A stretch of 64,000 nucleotides of DNA from a virus (IMGVR_UViG_3300012964_000002:25427-89426); one strand, 5' to 3'; positions 27,225-36,731 are shown, counted from the first letter of the stretch. A program made the numbers and translations. Notes: generated by a model not told the origin, from the sequence alone.

Positions 27225-27731
27225 GTGACGAACGGACAGGCGTCGGTGCACCTGCAGAAGCACCCCGTGGCCGTGGACGGCTGCCTGGAGTGCCTGGAGC
27301 TGGCGATCGTCCACGACGAGGCGCGGAAGGCGGCGGGGCGAGTGGCCGCGCCCGGTTGCGCGCACGCCCGCCCCATGTTCGGGTGCATCCCCTGCTTCGA
27401 GCGACTGCTGCGCGAGCTCGCGTCCGACACGGCGCAGCGCGCGGTCGGGGACCCGCCCCCGGACCCGTTCCGTTCCCACATCGCCGGCGTGCTCGAGGCG
27501 CAGCGGCGTCCCCGCGATCCCGAGCCCGTCATCCTGTCGCAGGAGATCGAGATGGCGCAGGCGGCCAAGGAGGCGGCGCGCTCCTGCGCGGAGGCGGCCG
27601 CCGCCGCCGCGGCGAAGCTCACCACGGACCCGACGCAGGAGGGGGCGGGGCGGCTCGCCGACATCGTCACGCGGGCGTCGGAGGCGGCCCAGCGCCTCGA
27701 CCACGTCGGCGACAAGATGCTCTCGCGGTGA
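27225..27731 (+). CDS. Hypothetical protein
   Basis: AAGGAGG RBS; two H...GCxxC units. Confidence 0.55.
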   Translation: MTNGQASVHLQKHPVAVDGCLECLELAIVHDEARKAAGRVAAPGCAHARPMFGCIPCFERLLRELASDTAQRAVGDPPPDPFRSHIAGVLEAQRRPRDPEPVILSQEIEMAQAAKEAARSCAEAAAAAAAKLTTDPTQEGAGRLADIVTRASEAAQRLDHVGDKMLSR

Positions 27732-27904
27732 GCCGCTCCAACCGAAAGCGCCGCCTCCGGAGGCGGGAGAGGACCCGCGCCGAGCGCGAGGAGCGCGCGT
27801 CGGCTGAGGCGGCCGCCGCTCTCCTGAAGGGCCCGAGGTTCCCGGACGGGATCATCGACCCGGCGAACGTGTGGCAGGCGCAGGTCAAGATCAGAACCCC
27901 GTGA
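27728..27904 (+). CDS. Small basic hypothetical protein
   Basis: GTGA overlaps; Arg-rich N-terminus. Confidence 0.4.
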   Translation: MSRSNRKRRLRRRERTRAEREERASAEAAAALLKGPRFPDGIIDPANVWQAQVKIRTP

Positions 27905-28299
27905 GCATCCGCTCCCGCAAGCGCAGGCGCTGGCTCCGCACCGAGCGCGGGCGTGCGGAGGCCGCGGTATTTATTCTGCGCCCGCCGGGGACTATTTCCA
28001 CGAGCATGCAAGGCGTCGACTGTTCAGAGTGCGAAGACGGCACGCCGCACCAACATGCTTCACCGTGGACAGGTGAGGTCTGGAAGTCGGTGTGAAGGTG
28101 AAGTCGTAGGCGTTCACGCGGGCGAGCTGCGGCGGAACGCGGGGCGGCCGACCGGAGCCCGCCGGGATCGGTAGCGGGCGGAGACCAGCCGAAGCGGCGG
28201 GAGGTCTCCGGCGGCGCCGGGAGGGTGGGGCCCGGCGCGGGACGCGCTGGCGGCGCGCCCCCGGTTCGTGGCAGAGTGCGGGGCGGAGGACCACCCCGC

Positions 28300-29976
28300 A
28301 TGAGCAGCGCGACGAAGGTCGAACCCTACGCCGCGAGGAAGCTCGCCGGCGCGGCCGGGCGCCAGGTGATGGACGGCATCGCCCGCCTCGGCCTCTCCCC
28401 CCGGCAGCAGGCCCTGAACGACCTCTGGGCCTGGTACCGCTGCCAGCACTACGACGCGCGCGCGACCGACTGGGACGGCTCGAAGAGGAGCGAGGGGCTC
28501 GACCGCGAGGTCATCGCGACGGCGGGGTTCATCCCGCCCGGCTTCTACGACGCCTCGAGCGCGATGCTGCCGCTGAAGTTCCGGCGGCCGAGCGCGCCCT
28601 ACGCGCTCGCCAAGGTCATCGTCGACCGCTTCACCGGGCTGCTGTTCTCCGAGCGGCACCACCCGGAGGTTCGCGTCGAGGGGGACCCGAAGACCGAAGA
28701 CTACATGCGCGCGCTCGCGGAGGAGGGGCGGCTCTGGCCGTCGATGGTCCAGGCGCGCACCTACGGGGGCGCGATGGGCTCCGTCGCGCTCGGCTTCCAG
28801 CTCGTGGACGGCCGCCCGCGCTTCGAGGTTCACGACGCCCGTTGGTGCATCCCCGACTTCGCCGACCGCTCGACGCTCCGTCTCCGCTCCATCGAGAAGC
28901 GCTACCAGTACCCGGTCGAGCGGCGCGACGAGTACACCGGGAAGTGGGAGGAGGTGCCTCACTGGTACCGCCGCGTCATCGACGAGGAGAACGACACGCT
29001 GTACGAGCCTGCCGAGGTTCCGGAGGACGGGTCCGAGCCGGAGTGGGTGGTGCAGGAAGAGGTCAAGCACGGGCTCGGCTTCTGCCCGGTGGTCTGGCTC
29101 CAGAACCTTCCGGTGCAGGACTCCGTAGACGGCGACCCCGACTGCCACGGGATCTACGACCTCATCGAGAGCATCGACGCGCTCGTCGCGCAGGCGAACG
29201 TCGGCGTCATCGCGAACTGCGACCCGACCACCGTCATCACGACGGACGCCCAGATGCCGGAGGTCCAGAAGGGCTCGCGCCACGCCATCAAGCTTCCCGC
29301 CAACTCGAACGCGAAGTACCTCGAGCTCACCGGCTCCGGACCGGAGTCGGCGTTCAAGGCGGCGGACAAGCTCAGGGCCTACGCGCTCGAGGTCGCGCAG
29401 TGCGTCCTCGACAACCCCGACGACGCCGTCCAGAAGACGGCCACGGAGATCGAGCGCGTCTACTCCTCGATGCTCTCGAAGGCCGACGTGCTCCGCGAGC
29501 AGTACGGGCAGAAGGGCGTGCTGCCCGTGCTCGACATCGCGGTTCGCGCGGTCAAGCGGATCTCCAAGCCTCGCCCGGTGGCGGCGCCCGCGGACGGCGA
29601 GAAGCCGTCCGTCGTCGTGCAGACGGTCGCGCTCCCGCCGAAGCTGGAGCCCCAGCCGGACGGCACGGTCAAGACCGTGAAGCGCGAGCTCGGGCCGGGC
29701 GGGAACCCGCAGCTCCAGTGGGGCCCCTACTTCCCGCCGTCGCTCACCGACGTCCAGAACGCCGTCACGGCGGCCGGCAAGGCGAAGGACTCCGGGCTCA
29801 TCGACAGGGAGCACGCGAGCGGGTACGTCGCCTCGATGTTCCACATCGAGGACGTGCCCCAGATGCTCGAGAAGATCCGGACGGAGAAGGAGGAGGAGGA
29901 GCGCCGCGTGATGGAGCAGATGCTGCCTCCCGGCGGCGGAGACTTCGGCGGCGGGCCCGAGGGAGGCAACGTGTGA
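28300..29976 (+). CDS. Portal protein
   Basis: About 558 aa; KVIVDRFTGLLFS, HGLGFCPVVW.QN typical of SPP1-like portals; between TerL and head genes. Confidence 0.85.
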   Translation: MSSATKVEPYAARKLAGAAGRQVMDGIARLGLSPRQQALNDLWAWYRCQHYDARATDWDGSKRSEGLDREVIATAGFIPPGFYDASSAMLPLKFRRPSAPYALAKVIVDRFTGLLFSERHHPEVRVEGDPKTEDYMRALAEEGRLWPSMVQARTYGGAMGSVALGFQLVDGRPRFEVHDARWCIPDFADRSTLRLRSIEKRYQYPVERRDEYTGKWEEVPHWYRRVIDEENDTLYEPAEVPEDGSEPEWVVQEEVKHGLGFCPVVWLQNLPVQDSVDGDPDCHGIYDLIESIDALVAQANVGVIANCDPTTVITTDAQMPEVQKGSRHAIKLPANSNAKYLELTGSGPESAFKAADKLRAYALEVAQCVLDNPDDAVQKTATEIERVYSSMLSKADVLREQYGQKGVLPVLDIAVRAVKRISKPRPVAAPADGEKPSVVVQTVALPPKLEPQPDGTVKTVKRELGPGGNPQLQWGPYFPPSLTDVQNAVTAAGKAKDSGLIDREHASGYVASMFHIEDVPQMLEKIRTEKEEEERRVMEQMLPPGGGDFGGGPEGGNV

Positions 29977-30233
29977 CGCGCACCGCGTTTCCCAACAGGG
30001 ACGCGATCCCCACGGTCATCCATCGGCCGCCCTACGGCCAGGGCTGGGGCAGGGAGGCGGAGGTCTACCTCGCGCACCCGACCGTCACGCCGGACGACGT
30101 CGCCCGCCTGCTCCACACCGGCAAGCTCCTCGTCTGGCGGGAGGAGCCCGCCGGCGTGATCTGGGTTCGCGCCTCCGTGTCCTGGGAAGAGGTCGAGGCA
30201 GAGCTCGCGCGCTCTCCGGGGCGCGCGCCGTGA
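29973..30233 (+). CDS. Hypothetical protein
   Basis: Coupled ORF. Confidence 0.45.
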   Translation: MTRTAFPNRDAIPTVIHRPPYGQGWGREAEVYLAHPTVTPDDVARLLHTGKLLVWREEPAGVIWVRASVSWEEVEAELARSPGRAP

Positions 30234-30454
30234 CGGATCCGACCGCCGGGTGGCTCACGGCGGCGGAGGCCGCGGCCGCGTTCCCCGGGCTGACCCCGGA
30301 GCGGCTCGCCGCCTTCGCCGCGCTCGGGGCGCTCCGGCAGAAGCTGCTGCACCTCGAGCCCGGGCGCCCGACCGTGCCGCTCTACGACCGGGACGAGCTC
30401 GAGGTGCTGGCGGCGGCGGACGCCGCCTCGCTCCTCGCGGGCCCGCGCGCCTGA
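30230..30454 (+). CDS. Minimal Xis/MerR-like HTH protein (family prototype)
   Basis: GWLTAAEAAA..PGLT...LYDRDELE..AAADAASLL. Confidence 0.7.
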   Translation: MTDPTAGWLTAAEAAAAFPGLTPERLAAFAALGALRQKLLHLEPGRPTVPLYDRDELEVLAAADAASLLAGPRA

Positions 30455-30460
30455 CCCGGC

Positions 30461-30489
30461 TTGCCGGTCCCCGCGCGGGCTGGTACTGA
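30461..30489 (+). promoter_or_regulatory. Putative promoter of the exported-protein island
   Basis: TTGCCG-N17-TACTGA with TG extension. Confidence 0.45.
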
Positions 30490-30521
30490 TCTTGTTCCGA
30501 ACCCAACGGAGGAACACGCAC

Positions 30522-30884
30522 ATGATCAAGAGGATCCTGCTCGCGGCCGCGTCCTTGCTTCTTCTCGTCGGGATCGTTCTCGCCGCGGACCCGTCGCAGT
30601 TCGCGTACCCGATCCAGGGGCCGCCCGTCGCGGGCGTCTCCGTCTCGGTCGTGAGCGCGAGCACGCCCACGCTCTCGGGCGGAACGTGCTACCGCGTCGC
30701 CTGCACCACCACGGTCTTCTGGCGCGTCGGGACCCTGCCGCTCACCGCGCTCATCACCGACAACCCGATGTTCGGGCCCGCCGTCGAGCTGATCTGCCTG
30801 CGCAACGGGTACAACGGCGTCGCCTTCATCACCGCCGCCGGCACCGGCACCTGCACGCTCAACTCCTACGCCCCGTCGCCGTAG
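30522..30884 (+). CDS. Exported beta-rich protein with signal peptide
   Basis: MIKRILLAAASLLLLVGIVLAA. Confidence 0.7.
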   Translation: MIKRILLAAASLLLLVGIVLAADPSQFAYPIQGPPVAGVSVSVVSASTPTLSGGTCYRVACTTTVFWRVGTLPLTALITDNPMFGPAVELICLRNGYNGVAFITAAGTGTCTLNSYAPSP

Positions 30885-30911
30885 GCTCGCCGTCCGGGAG
30901 GAGGTTCCATC

Positions 30912-32891
30912 ATGCGCGCGAAGCTTCTGCTTCTCGTCACCCTGCTCGTCCCGGCTCTCGTCTCGGCGCGCGCGTACCACGCGCTCCAGCCGCAGCCTGC
31001 CAGCCAGCTCCGCGGTTCCGCGTCGCTCGGCGGTGACACGCCCGTCGTCGTCAGTCTGCCGTTCTCCACGACGGGACGGATCCCCGACGACGCGAACGTT
31101 GTTTCACACGTCATCTTCGATGGAGCCAAGCTCGTCCCCATCATCGGTCCCGACTGGACGCAGAACGGCACCGTGCCGCAGAACGTCGCGTCGCCGTTCT
31201 ACCCGAGCGGCTTCTCCGGAGCGCAGCAAAAGGGATCTGGTCCATATTCGACGCTCAACTACTACTCGATTCCGGCGACGAACCCGTTGCAGTTCACGGG
31301 CGACTACTCCTGCCACGCGGTGGTGATCCCGGCCACATTCGCCGCCGCGCCCACCATCGCCGCGAACTCGAACGCGACGCCCAACCTCGGGTGGATCGCG
31401 CAGTTCAGCGGGACGGGCGCGGCCAGGATCTGGAGCAACGGAGTTTTCACCGACACCGCCAACTCCGCGGTCGCGAATGCTCCGGCGGTCGTGTCGTGGG
31501 GCCGTTCCGGCACTTCGCACTTCATCAAGCTGAACCTCGGGACGACGGCGACGGCAGTCACGCCGATCACGGCGGCCGTCGCGAACCCCGCGACCATCGG
31601 TGTCTTCGGCGGGATCGGTGCGCCCTTCACCGGAACGATTGTGGAGGTGGCGTGCTCTACCACGCCGTTCGTGGAAGTGACCGCGGGGACGGTTCAGCAG
31701 CGCGTCTTCGGCATGCTCGCGACGAGCGGCGCGTCGATCTCCGTCGCGCGCGCCATGACGGGCACGTACACGACGCCGGACGGGAACCTCTGGACCGCTC
31801 CTGCGGGCATCCTGCGCGTCGGTTGTGAGGACACCGCGGTGACGAAGTGCGGTGGGCTCGGAGAGCCCACGAGAACGAACCTTGCGCTTCAGTCCGAGGC
31901 GCTAGACAACGTCGCGTGGACGACGTCCGGAACTTGCACCGTCACGGCGAATCAAGGAACGATTCCGGGCTGGACTCCGGGCACGCTGGACAAGGTGCAG
32001 TGCACCGGGGCCGCGACGGACATTCGCTTTCAGACGGTGACGGTCGCGTCTTCCACCGGTCCGTTCACGTTCTCGTCGTGGGTGGCGGCCGACGCCGGGT
32101 CCAAGGTCGAGTCGATCAGGATGGGGGGGCTCACGGGAGGTGCCACTGGCTGTTCCTGCGCTCGCTCCGACGGTGGGGTCTGCACGACGGCCACGGCCAC
32201 GACGGACGGATGGGCCTACGGAACGTTCGGCACGACGCCTGCGCGTTTGATGCTCACCTGCTCCTCGACGGCGGCGACGGTTTCTGTCACGCCGTCCGTT
32301 CACGACGGGCAGTTCACTGTTACGTTCAACGTCGGAGGAATCTTCGGAGGCGCGCAGTTCGAGGTTGGTTCCTACGCCACGAGCTACGTCCCGACGACGA
32401 CCGTCGCCGTCGCGCGCAACGCCGATGGTGTGACGGTCGCGAACCCCGCTACGGTACAAAGCGCCTTGTGCGGGGACGGCACGTTCACGCCAGAGAACGG
32501 TGGATCGTGGATTGTACTTCCTAGCGGAGATCACTGGCCTTGGATGATCGGAACGTATGGCGTGACTGGTGGTTCTGGTCTTTCGGCCTCTAGTTCGGGA
32601 AGCATTTTCGCAGCGGGGACAAACGCACCAAACAGTGTGTTTTTCTCTTCTGTGGTTACACCGTTCGCGGCGGGGACGCCGCACAGGATCGCGGCTGGTT
32701 TCGCGGTCGGTGCAGCACCGACCTTGGCATTCGACGGTGTGAGTCAGACGGTGCTTCCTGGAGGTTCAGTGCCAGAGGTCTCGCCGCCGTCTGGCACCAT
32801 CACGCTCGGCGCGAGTGGCGCAGGCGCCAACGTGGGGAACTTCCCCGGGTACATCCGGAACCTCAAGATCCTGCGGAGCGTTTGCCGGTGA
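30912..32891 (+). CDS. Large LamG/ConA-like lectin or head-spike-like protein with signal peptide
   Basis: MRAKLLLLVTLLVPALVSARA; EPTRTNL..QSE, GAQFEVGSYATSYVPTT..AVARNAD motifs; Thr/Gly rich. Confidence 0.7.
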   Translation: MRAKLLLLVTLLVPALVSARAYHALQPQPASQLRGSASLGGDTPVVVSLPFSTTGRIPDDANVVSHVIFDGAKLVPIIGPDWTQNGTVPQNVASPFYPSGFSGAQQKGSGPYSTLNYYSIPATNPLQFTGDYSCHAVVIPATFAAAPTIAANSNATPNLGWIAQFSGTGAARIWSNGVFTDTANSAVANAPAVVSWGRSGTSHFIKLNLGTTATAVTPITAAVANPATIGVFGGIGAPFTGTIVEVACSTTPFVEVTAGTVQQRVFGMLATSGASISVARAMTGTYTTPDGNLWTAPAGILRVGCEDTAVTKCGGLGEPTRTNLALQSEALDNVAWTTSGTCTVTANQGTIPGWTPGTLDKVQCTGAATDIRFQTVTVASSTGPFTFSSWVAADAGSKVESIRMGGLTGGATGCSCARSDGGVCTTATATTDGWAYGTFGTTPARLMLTCSSTAATVSVTPSVHDGQFTVTFNVGGIFGGAQFEVGSYATSYVPTTTVAVARNADGVTVANPATVQSALCGDGTFTPENGGSWIVLPSGDHWPWMIGTYGVTGGSGLSASSSGSIFAAGTNAPNSVFFSSVVTPFAAGTPHRIAAGFAVGAAPTLAFDGVSQTVLPGGSVPEVSPPSGTITLGASGAGANVGNFPGYIRNLKILRSVCR

Positions 32892-33280
32892 GGTTCCTGA
32901 TCGTCATCCTGGCGCTCGCCGCCTGCGCGCCCTGCCCTTCCCAGGGGGCGGGCCCGGTCACCCACGTCGGCGCGCCTCCGCCCGGCGCCGACGTGGTGGT
33001 CGCGGTCGCGCGCGAGCGATGCGCCTTCTCCGGCACGGTGACGTGGCAGGCCGGCCTCTTCGTCTGCGACTACTCGGGCATTCCCTACTGCTCCGGATGG
33101 CAGCGCGCGTACCCAGCTTGCGCGCCGCTCGACGCCTGGGTGGCCTACGCCGAGCCCGTCACGAGAAGCGCGCTCGCGTGGGAGGTCGGGAATTACTGCC
33201 TCGACAACGAGGATGGCCCACGGGTGGCGGAGTGGTCCGAGGCGGTCAACGCGGAAGCGTCGAGGAGGATGGCCCCGTGA
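32888..33280 (+). CDS. Predicted lipoprotein
   Basis: MRFLIVILALAAC lipobox. Confidence 0.65.
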   Translation: MRFLIVILALAACAPCPSQGAGPVTHVGAPPPGADVVVAVARERCAFSGTVTWQAGLFVCDYSGIPYCSGWQRAYPACAPLDAWVAYAEPVTRSALAWEVGNYCLDNEDGPRVAEWSEAVNAEASRRMAP

Positions 33281-33735
33281 TCTTCGCGGTGGACTTCGAC
33301 GGCACGATCGTCTCGATGGACCGCCGCTACGACGACGTGACGTCCCCGCTCCGCTTCCTCCCCGGGGCGAGGGCGGGCCTCCTCGCGCTCCGGCGCGCCG
33401 GGCACCACCTGCTGCTCTGGTCCGCCCGGGCCTCGCCGGCCCTCCTCGACTCCCCGGAGCTCGACCCGCTCGTGCGCGCCGGCGTGACTTCGCGCGGCGC
33501 CTGGGAGAAGATGCTGGCTGTGAACCGCGCCCGCCACCGTCAGATGCTCGAGTTCGTGGAGCGGGAGCTGCCTGGCGTCTTCGCCGCGGTCGACGACGGG
33601 CGCGGCGGGAAGCCGGTGAACGTGGACGTGTTCCTGGACGACAGGGCGGTTCGTCTCGGGCGCGGGGCCGGCGCCTTCTCCTGGCGCGAGGTCGCGCGAA
33701 GCTGGGGAGAGCCGGCGCAGAGGAGGAGCGCATGA
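33277..33735 (+). CDS. HAD-family phosphatase-like protein
   Basis: AVDFDGT, WSAR, GKP..DVFLDDRA. Confidence 0.85.
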   Translation: MIFAVDFDGTIVSMDRRYDDVTSPLRFLPGARAGLLALRRAGHHLLLWSARASPALLDSPELDPLVRAGVTSRGAWEKMLAVNRARHRQMLEFVERELPGVFAAVDDGRGGKPVNVDVFLDDRAVRLGRGAGAFSWREVARSWGEPAQRRSA

Positions 33736-33941
33736 CGACGATGAACGTGCACAAGGTCCCGGCGAAGCAGTGGCGTCGCTGGGGAGATCGCGCGCGGCGG
33801 GTCTTCAACGCCGTGTACTCCAGCATGTCGGACCAGCAGCTGTTCGCCCACCCGAAGGCGGAGAAGATCAGGCCCGCGTTCTGGAAGACGACGCGCTGGA
33901 ACGCGGCGTGGATCGCCGCGGACGCGGCGGAAGGCGCGTGA
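33732..33941 (+). CDS. Hypothetical protein
   Basis: AGGAGG RBS; Trp-rich. Confidence 0.6.
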   Translation: MTTMNVHKVPAKQWRRWGDRARRVFNAVYSSMSDQQLFAHPKAEKIRPAFWKTTRWNAAWIAADAAEGA

Positions 33942-34101
33942 CGGGCGCCCGCCGCTCTCGCGCGCGCCCGCCCCGGAGGCGCTGGCTCGCCTGGCGCGAG
34001 GCGGCCGCGCCGCGCCCGGGGAGCCCCGCCGAGATGGAGAAGTTCAAGCGGTACAGGCGGATGTCCGGAACCGGAATCTCGTTCGGCTTCTGGTGGGAGC
34101 C

Positions 34102-34503
34102 GTGAGGGTGACGATGAGCGACGGCAAGATCATCCACGTCAAGAAGTTCGCGGGCGGGCGGGAGACGCCGCAGGAGATGCACGCGCGCGTCGCGTGGGCG
34201 GGGCGGCGCTGCGCCGCCTGCAAGGGGCCGCCGGCCATCCGCATCAAGGTCTTCGCGCCCGTCGCCGAGCTCGTGCAGCGAAGCCCCCAGCTGATGGGCG
34301 TGCTCGCCGCGCGGGCCGGCGGGAACCTTCCGGTCGTCCCGACGACGGCCGGGAACATGCTCAAGACCTCCGATCTCTGCTTCTGCGCGCTCTGCGCGCC
34401 GACGGCGGAGCGCGTTGCCGCGAAGGGTCCGAGCTGGGCCATCGTCGAGATCGACCGCGGGCCCGACCCCACGAACCGGGTCGCGACCGGGTACAGGGGC
34501 TGA
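34102..34503 (+). CDS. Zinc-binding hypothetical protein
   Basis: CAAC...CALC. Confidence 0.6.
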   Translation: MRVTMSDGKIIHVKKFAGGRETPQEMHARVAWAGRRCAACKGPPAIRIKVFAPVAELVQRSPQLMGVLAARAGGNLPVVPTTAGNMLKTSDLCFCALCAPTAERVAAKGPSWAIVEIDRGPDPTNRVATGYRG

Positions 34504-34505
34504 GC

Positions 34506-34961
34506 GTGGGCGAGGCCGCCGTCAGGTACGAGAAGGCCCGGCGGCGCGCCGGGGACGGAGAGAAGCGTCCGAAGCGTTCTCCCGCGGACCGCAAGGCGCT
34601 CGACACCATGCGGCGGGAGGCGGACGAGCACGGCGTGGAGCTCGAGAACGACGGCGAGGGCGGGCTCCCTTCCTCGCTCGTGCTCGAGGTGATGCGGCGT
34701 GACAAGTACCGCTGCAAGCGGCACGGCGGGCGCGACAAGCCGATCACCGTCCACCACAAGGGCGGAATCGTCGAGTCGGAGTGGCTCTCGAAGAAGGGGC
34801 ACAAGAACGAGGCGAACAACCTCGTCACCCTCTGCGCGGACTGCCACGACGACGTGCACGACGAGGCGCGCGAGGACGGGGTGGACTCCTCGCAGAAGAC
34901 GGCGAAGGGCGACCGGGGCGATCCGAAGCACGACCCGGGCGCGCGGAAGGGAAAGGACTGA
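34506..34961 (+). CDS. HNH endonuclease, possibly packaging-associated
   Basis: RDKYRC...ITVHH...NLVTLCADCHDDVH. Confidence 0.85.
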   Translation: MGEAAVRYEKARRRAGDGEKRPKRSPADRKALDTMRREADEHGVELENDGEGGLPSSLVLEVMRRDKYRCKRHGGRDKPITVHHKGGIVESEWLSKKGHKNEANNLVTLCADCHDDVHDEAREDGVDSSQKTAKGDRGDPKHDPGARKGKD

Positions 34962-34965
34962 GGTC

Positions 34966-35487
34966 ATGGCCGACGCGAGGAAGCTGAAGGCGATGCTCGA
35001 CACGATGAACCCGGTGCCCGGCGGAAGCGCCGACTACGGCGGCGCGGTGCTCGACCTCATGCACGAGGCCCGGGAGGAGGAGCACGGGGGCGAGGGGGCC
35101 GTGCCCGACGAGACGTCCGAGGAGGCGATCATCGTCCGGAAGATCGGCGTCGGGTACATGGAGATCGACGCCGACGCGGGCGGGTTCTCCTGCGGGACCT
35201 GCCGCTATGTCGCGCCCGGTCCGAGCGAGGACGAGGGCAGCTGCATGCACATCCAGGTGCGCGCGCCCGTCTCCGCGACCCACGGCTGCTGCAACCTCTT
35301 CTGGCCGGACGAGGGCGAGGTCGTCTTCCCGGTCGGCGCGCTCGACCCCGACGGAGAGCCCCGGGAGCCTCGCGGCGAGCCCGGGGAGGGCGGGGAAGGG
35401 CGGGAGGGTCCGGAGGGGGGCGGGGACGCGGACGACGGCGGAGGGGGCGGCCCCGACGAGGACGATGGCGGCGGCAACCCGTACTAG
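34966..35487 (+). CDS. Acidic protein with HiPIP-like Cys motif
   Basis: CGTCRY...GSC...VSATHGCCNLF. Confidence 0.55.
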   Translation: MADARKLKAMLDTMNPVPGGSADYGGAVLDLMHEAREEEHGGEGAVPDETSEEAIIVRKIGVGYMEIDADAGGFSCGTCRYVAPGPSEDEGSCMHIQVRAPVSATHGCCNLFWPDEGEVVFPVGALDPDGEPREPRGEPGEGGEGREGPEGGGDADDGGGGGPDEDDGGGNPY

Positions 35488-35490
35488 GAC

Positions 35491-36447
35491 GTGCCCGCGG
35501 CGCGCAAGAGCCTGGTTCCGTTCTACGAGGCGCTGGCCGAGCACCGGCGGCGCCTCGCGCGCGTGGCGGACCGCCGCGCCCTCCCCCGCCTGAAGCGCCT
35601 CTACGACGAGGCCCACGACGCCCTGGCGCGCGCGCTCCGCACGCGGCTCCGCGCCGGCCTGGGGGACACGTTCACGACCCACCAGCAGCGCATCGTCCTG
35701 GCGCAGCTCCGCCTCGGGCAGCGGGGTCTCGCCGCCGGGATGGCCGGCGAGCTCGCGGACGTGACCTCGGAGGCGAGCGTCGACTCGGTCCGCGCGCTCG
35801 CGCGCGGCATCGCCAGGCTCGAGAAGCACTTCACGGGCGCCGAGGTGACGGTTCCCATCGACTCGGCCTGGAAGCTGCGCGAGCTGGTCACGAAGCGGCG
35901 CGCCTCGCTCGACACGATGCACCGGAGGAGCATGGCGCGCTGGGGCGCGCGCCTCTTCACCAAGGTCCACGAGCAGACCTCGCTCGCCCTGGCGATGGAG
36001 AAGACGACGGCGCAGGCCATCGAGATGATCCCCGAGGCGGCCGCGGCGGAGTGGTGGCAGGGCGAGCGCATCGTTCGGACCGAGACCTCCTGGGCCATCA
36101 ACTCCACGAACGCGGACGGCATCAAGGAGGCGGCGGACGTCCTGCCGGACATCAAGAAGCGCTGGTCGGAGCACGTGGACGACGACACCCTCCAGCCCCT
36201 GGACGACCGCGTGGCGCCCGACTCGCTCGCCATGCACGGGCAGGTCGTGGACGCAGACGGCGAGTTCCGGTTCCCCGACGCGGACCCGGGCGAGGTCGGC
36301 GAGAAGGAGGCGGCGCGGCTCTCCGCGGCCGGACCGTGGTTCGCGCCGCCCAACCGCCCGAACGACCGCGCGACCATCCAGCCGTGGCGGCGGGAGTGGG
36401 GAATCTCCGCCTGGATCTGGGACGGCGGCCGGAAGGTGTGGCTGTGA
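35491..36447 (+). CDS. Head morphogenesis / minor capsid protein (Mu gpF / SPP1 gp7-like)
   Basis: ERIVRTE, KKRW, MHGQ, PPNRPNDR. Confidence 0.85.
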   Translation: MPAARKSLVPFYEALAEHRRRLARVADRRALPRLKRLYDEAHDALARALRTRLRAGLGDTFTTHQQRIVLAQLRLGQRGLAAGMAGELADVTSEASVDSVRALARGIARLEKHFTGAEVTVPIDSAWKLRELVTKRRASLDTMHRRSMARWGARLFTKVHEQTSLALAMEKTTAQAIEMIPEAAAAEWWQGERIVRTETSWAINSTNADGIKEAADVLPDIKKRWSEHVDDDTLQPLDDRVAPDSLAMHGQVVDADGEFRFPDADPGEVGEKEAARLSAAGPWFAPPNRPNDRATIQPWRREWGISAWIWDGGRKVWL

Positions 36448-36731
36448 GGCGCCGCGGCCCGCTGACGGAGATCCCGGAGCTCGACGCGCGGGCGGCGCCG
36501 GAGCGCCTCGAGGCGGCGTTTCGCGTCGGGGACCTCGCCGCCGTCAGGACGCACCGGAACGTCCACTGCCCGCTCTACGACCGATGTCTCGACCACGTCG
36601 TCGCCGCCGACTGGACGAACTTCTCCTGCCGGAGCTGCGCGCTGTTCACCTTCTTGCCGGCAGGCGACGCGCGCGGTAGCCTCGACGCACCTCAGGAGGT
36701 CACATGTCTCGCATCCCCCCGAAGAAGCTGA
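36444..36731 (+). CDS. Small 4-Cys protein
   Basis: HRNVHCPLYDRCLD...FSCRSC. Confidence 0.55.
   Translation: MRRRGPLTEIPELDARAAPERLEAAFRVGDLAAVRTHRNVHCPLYDRCLDHVVAADWTNFSCRSCALFTFLPAGDARGSLDAPQEVTCLASPRRS
36654..36682 (+). promoter_or_regulatory. Putative promoter
   Basis: TTGCCG-N17-TAGCCT ahead of AGGAGG and ATG 36704. Confidence 0.5.
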
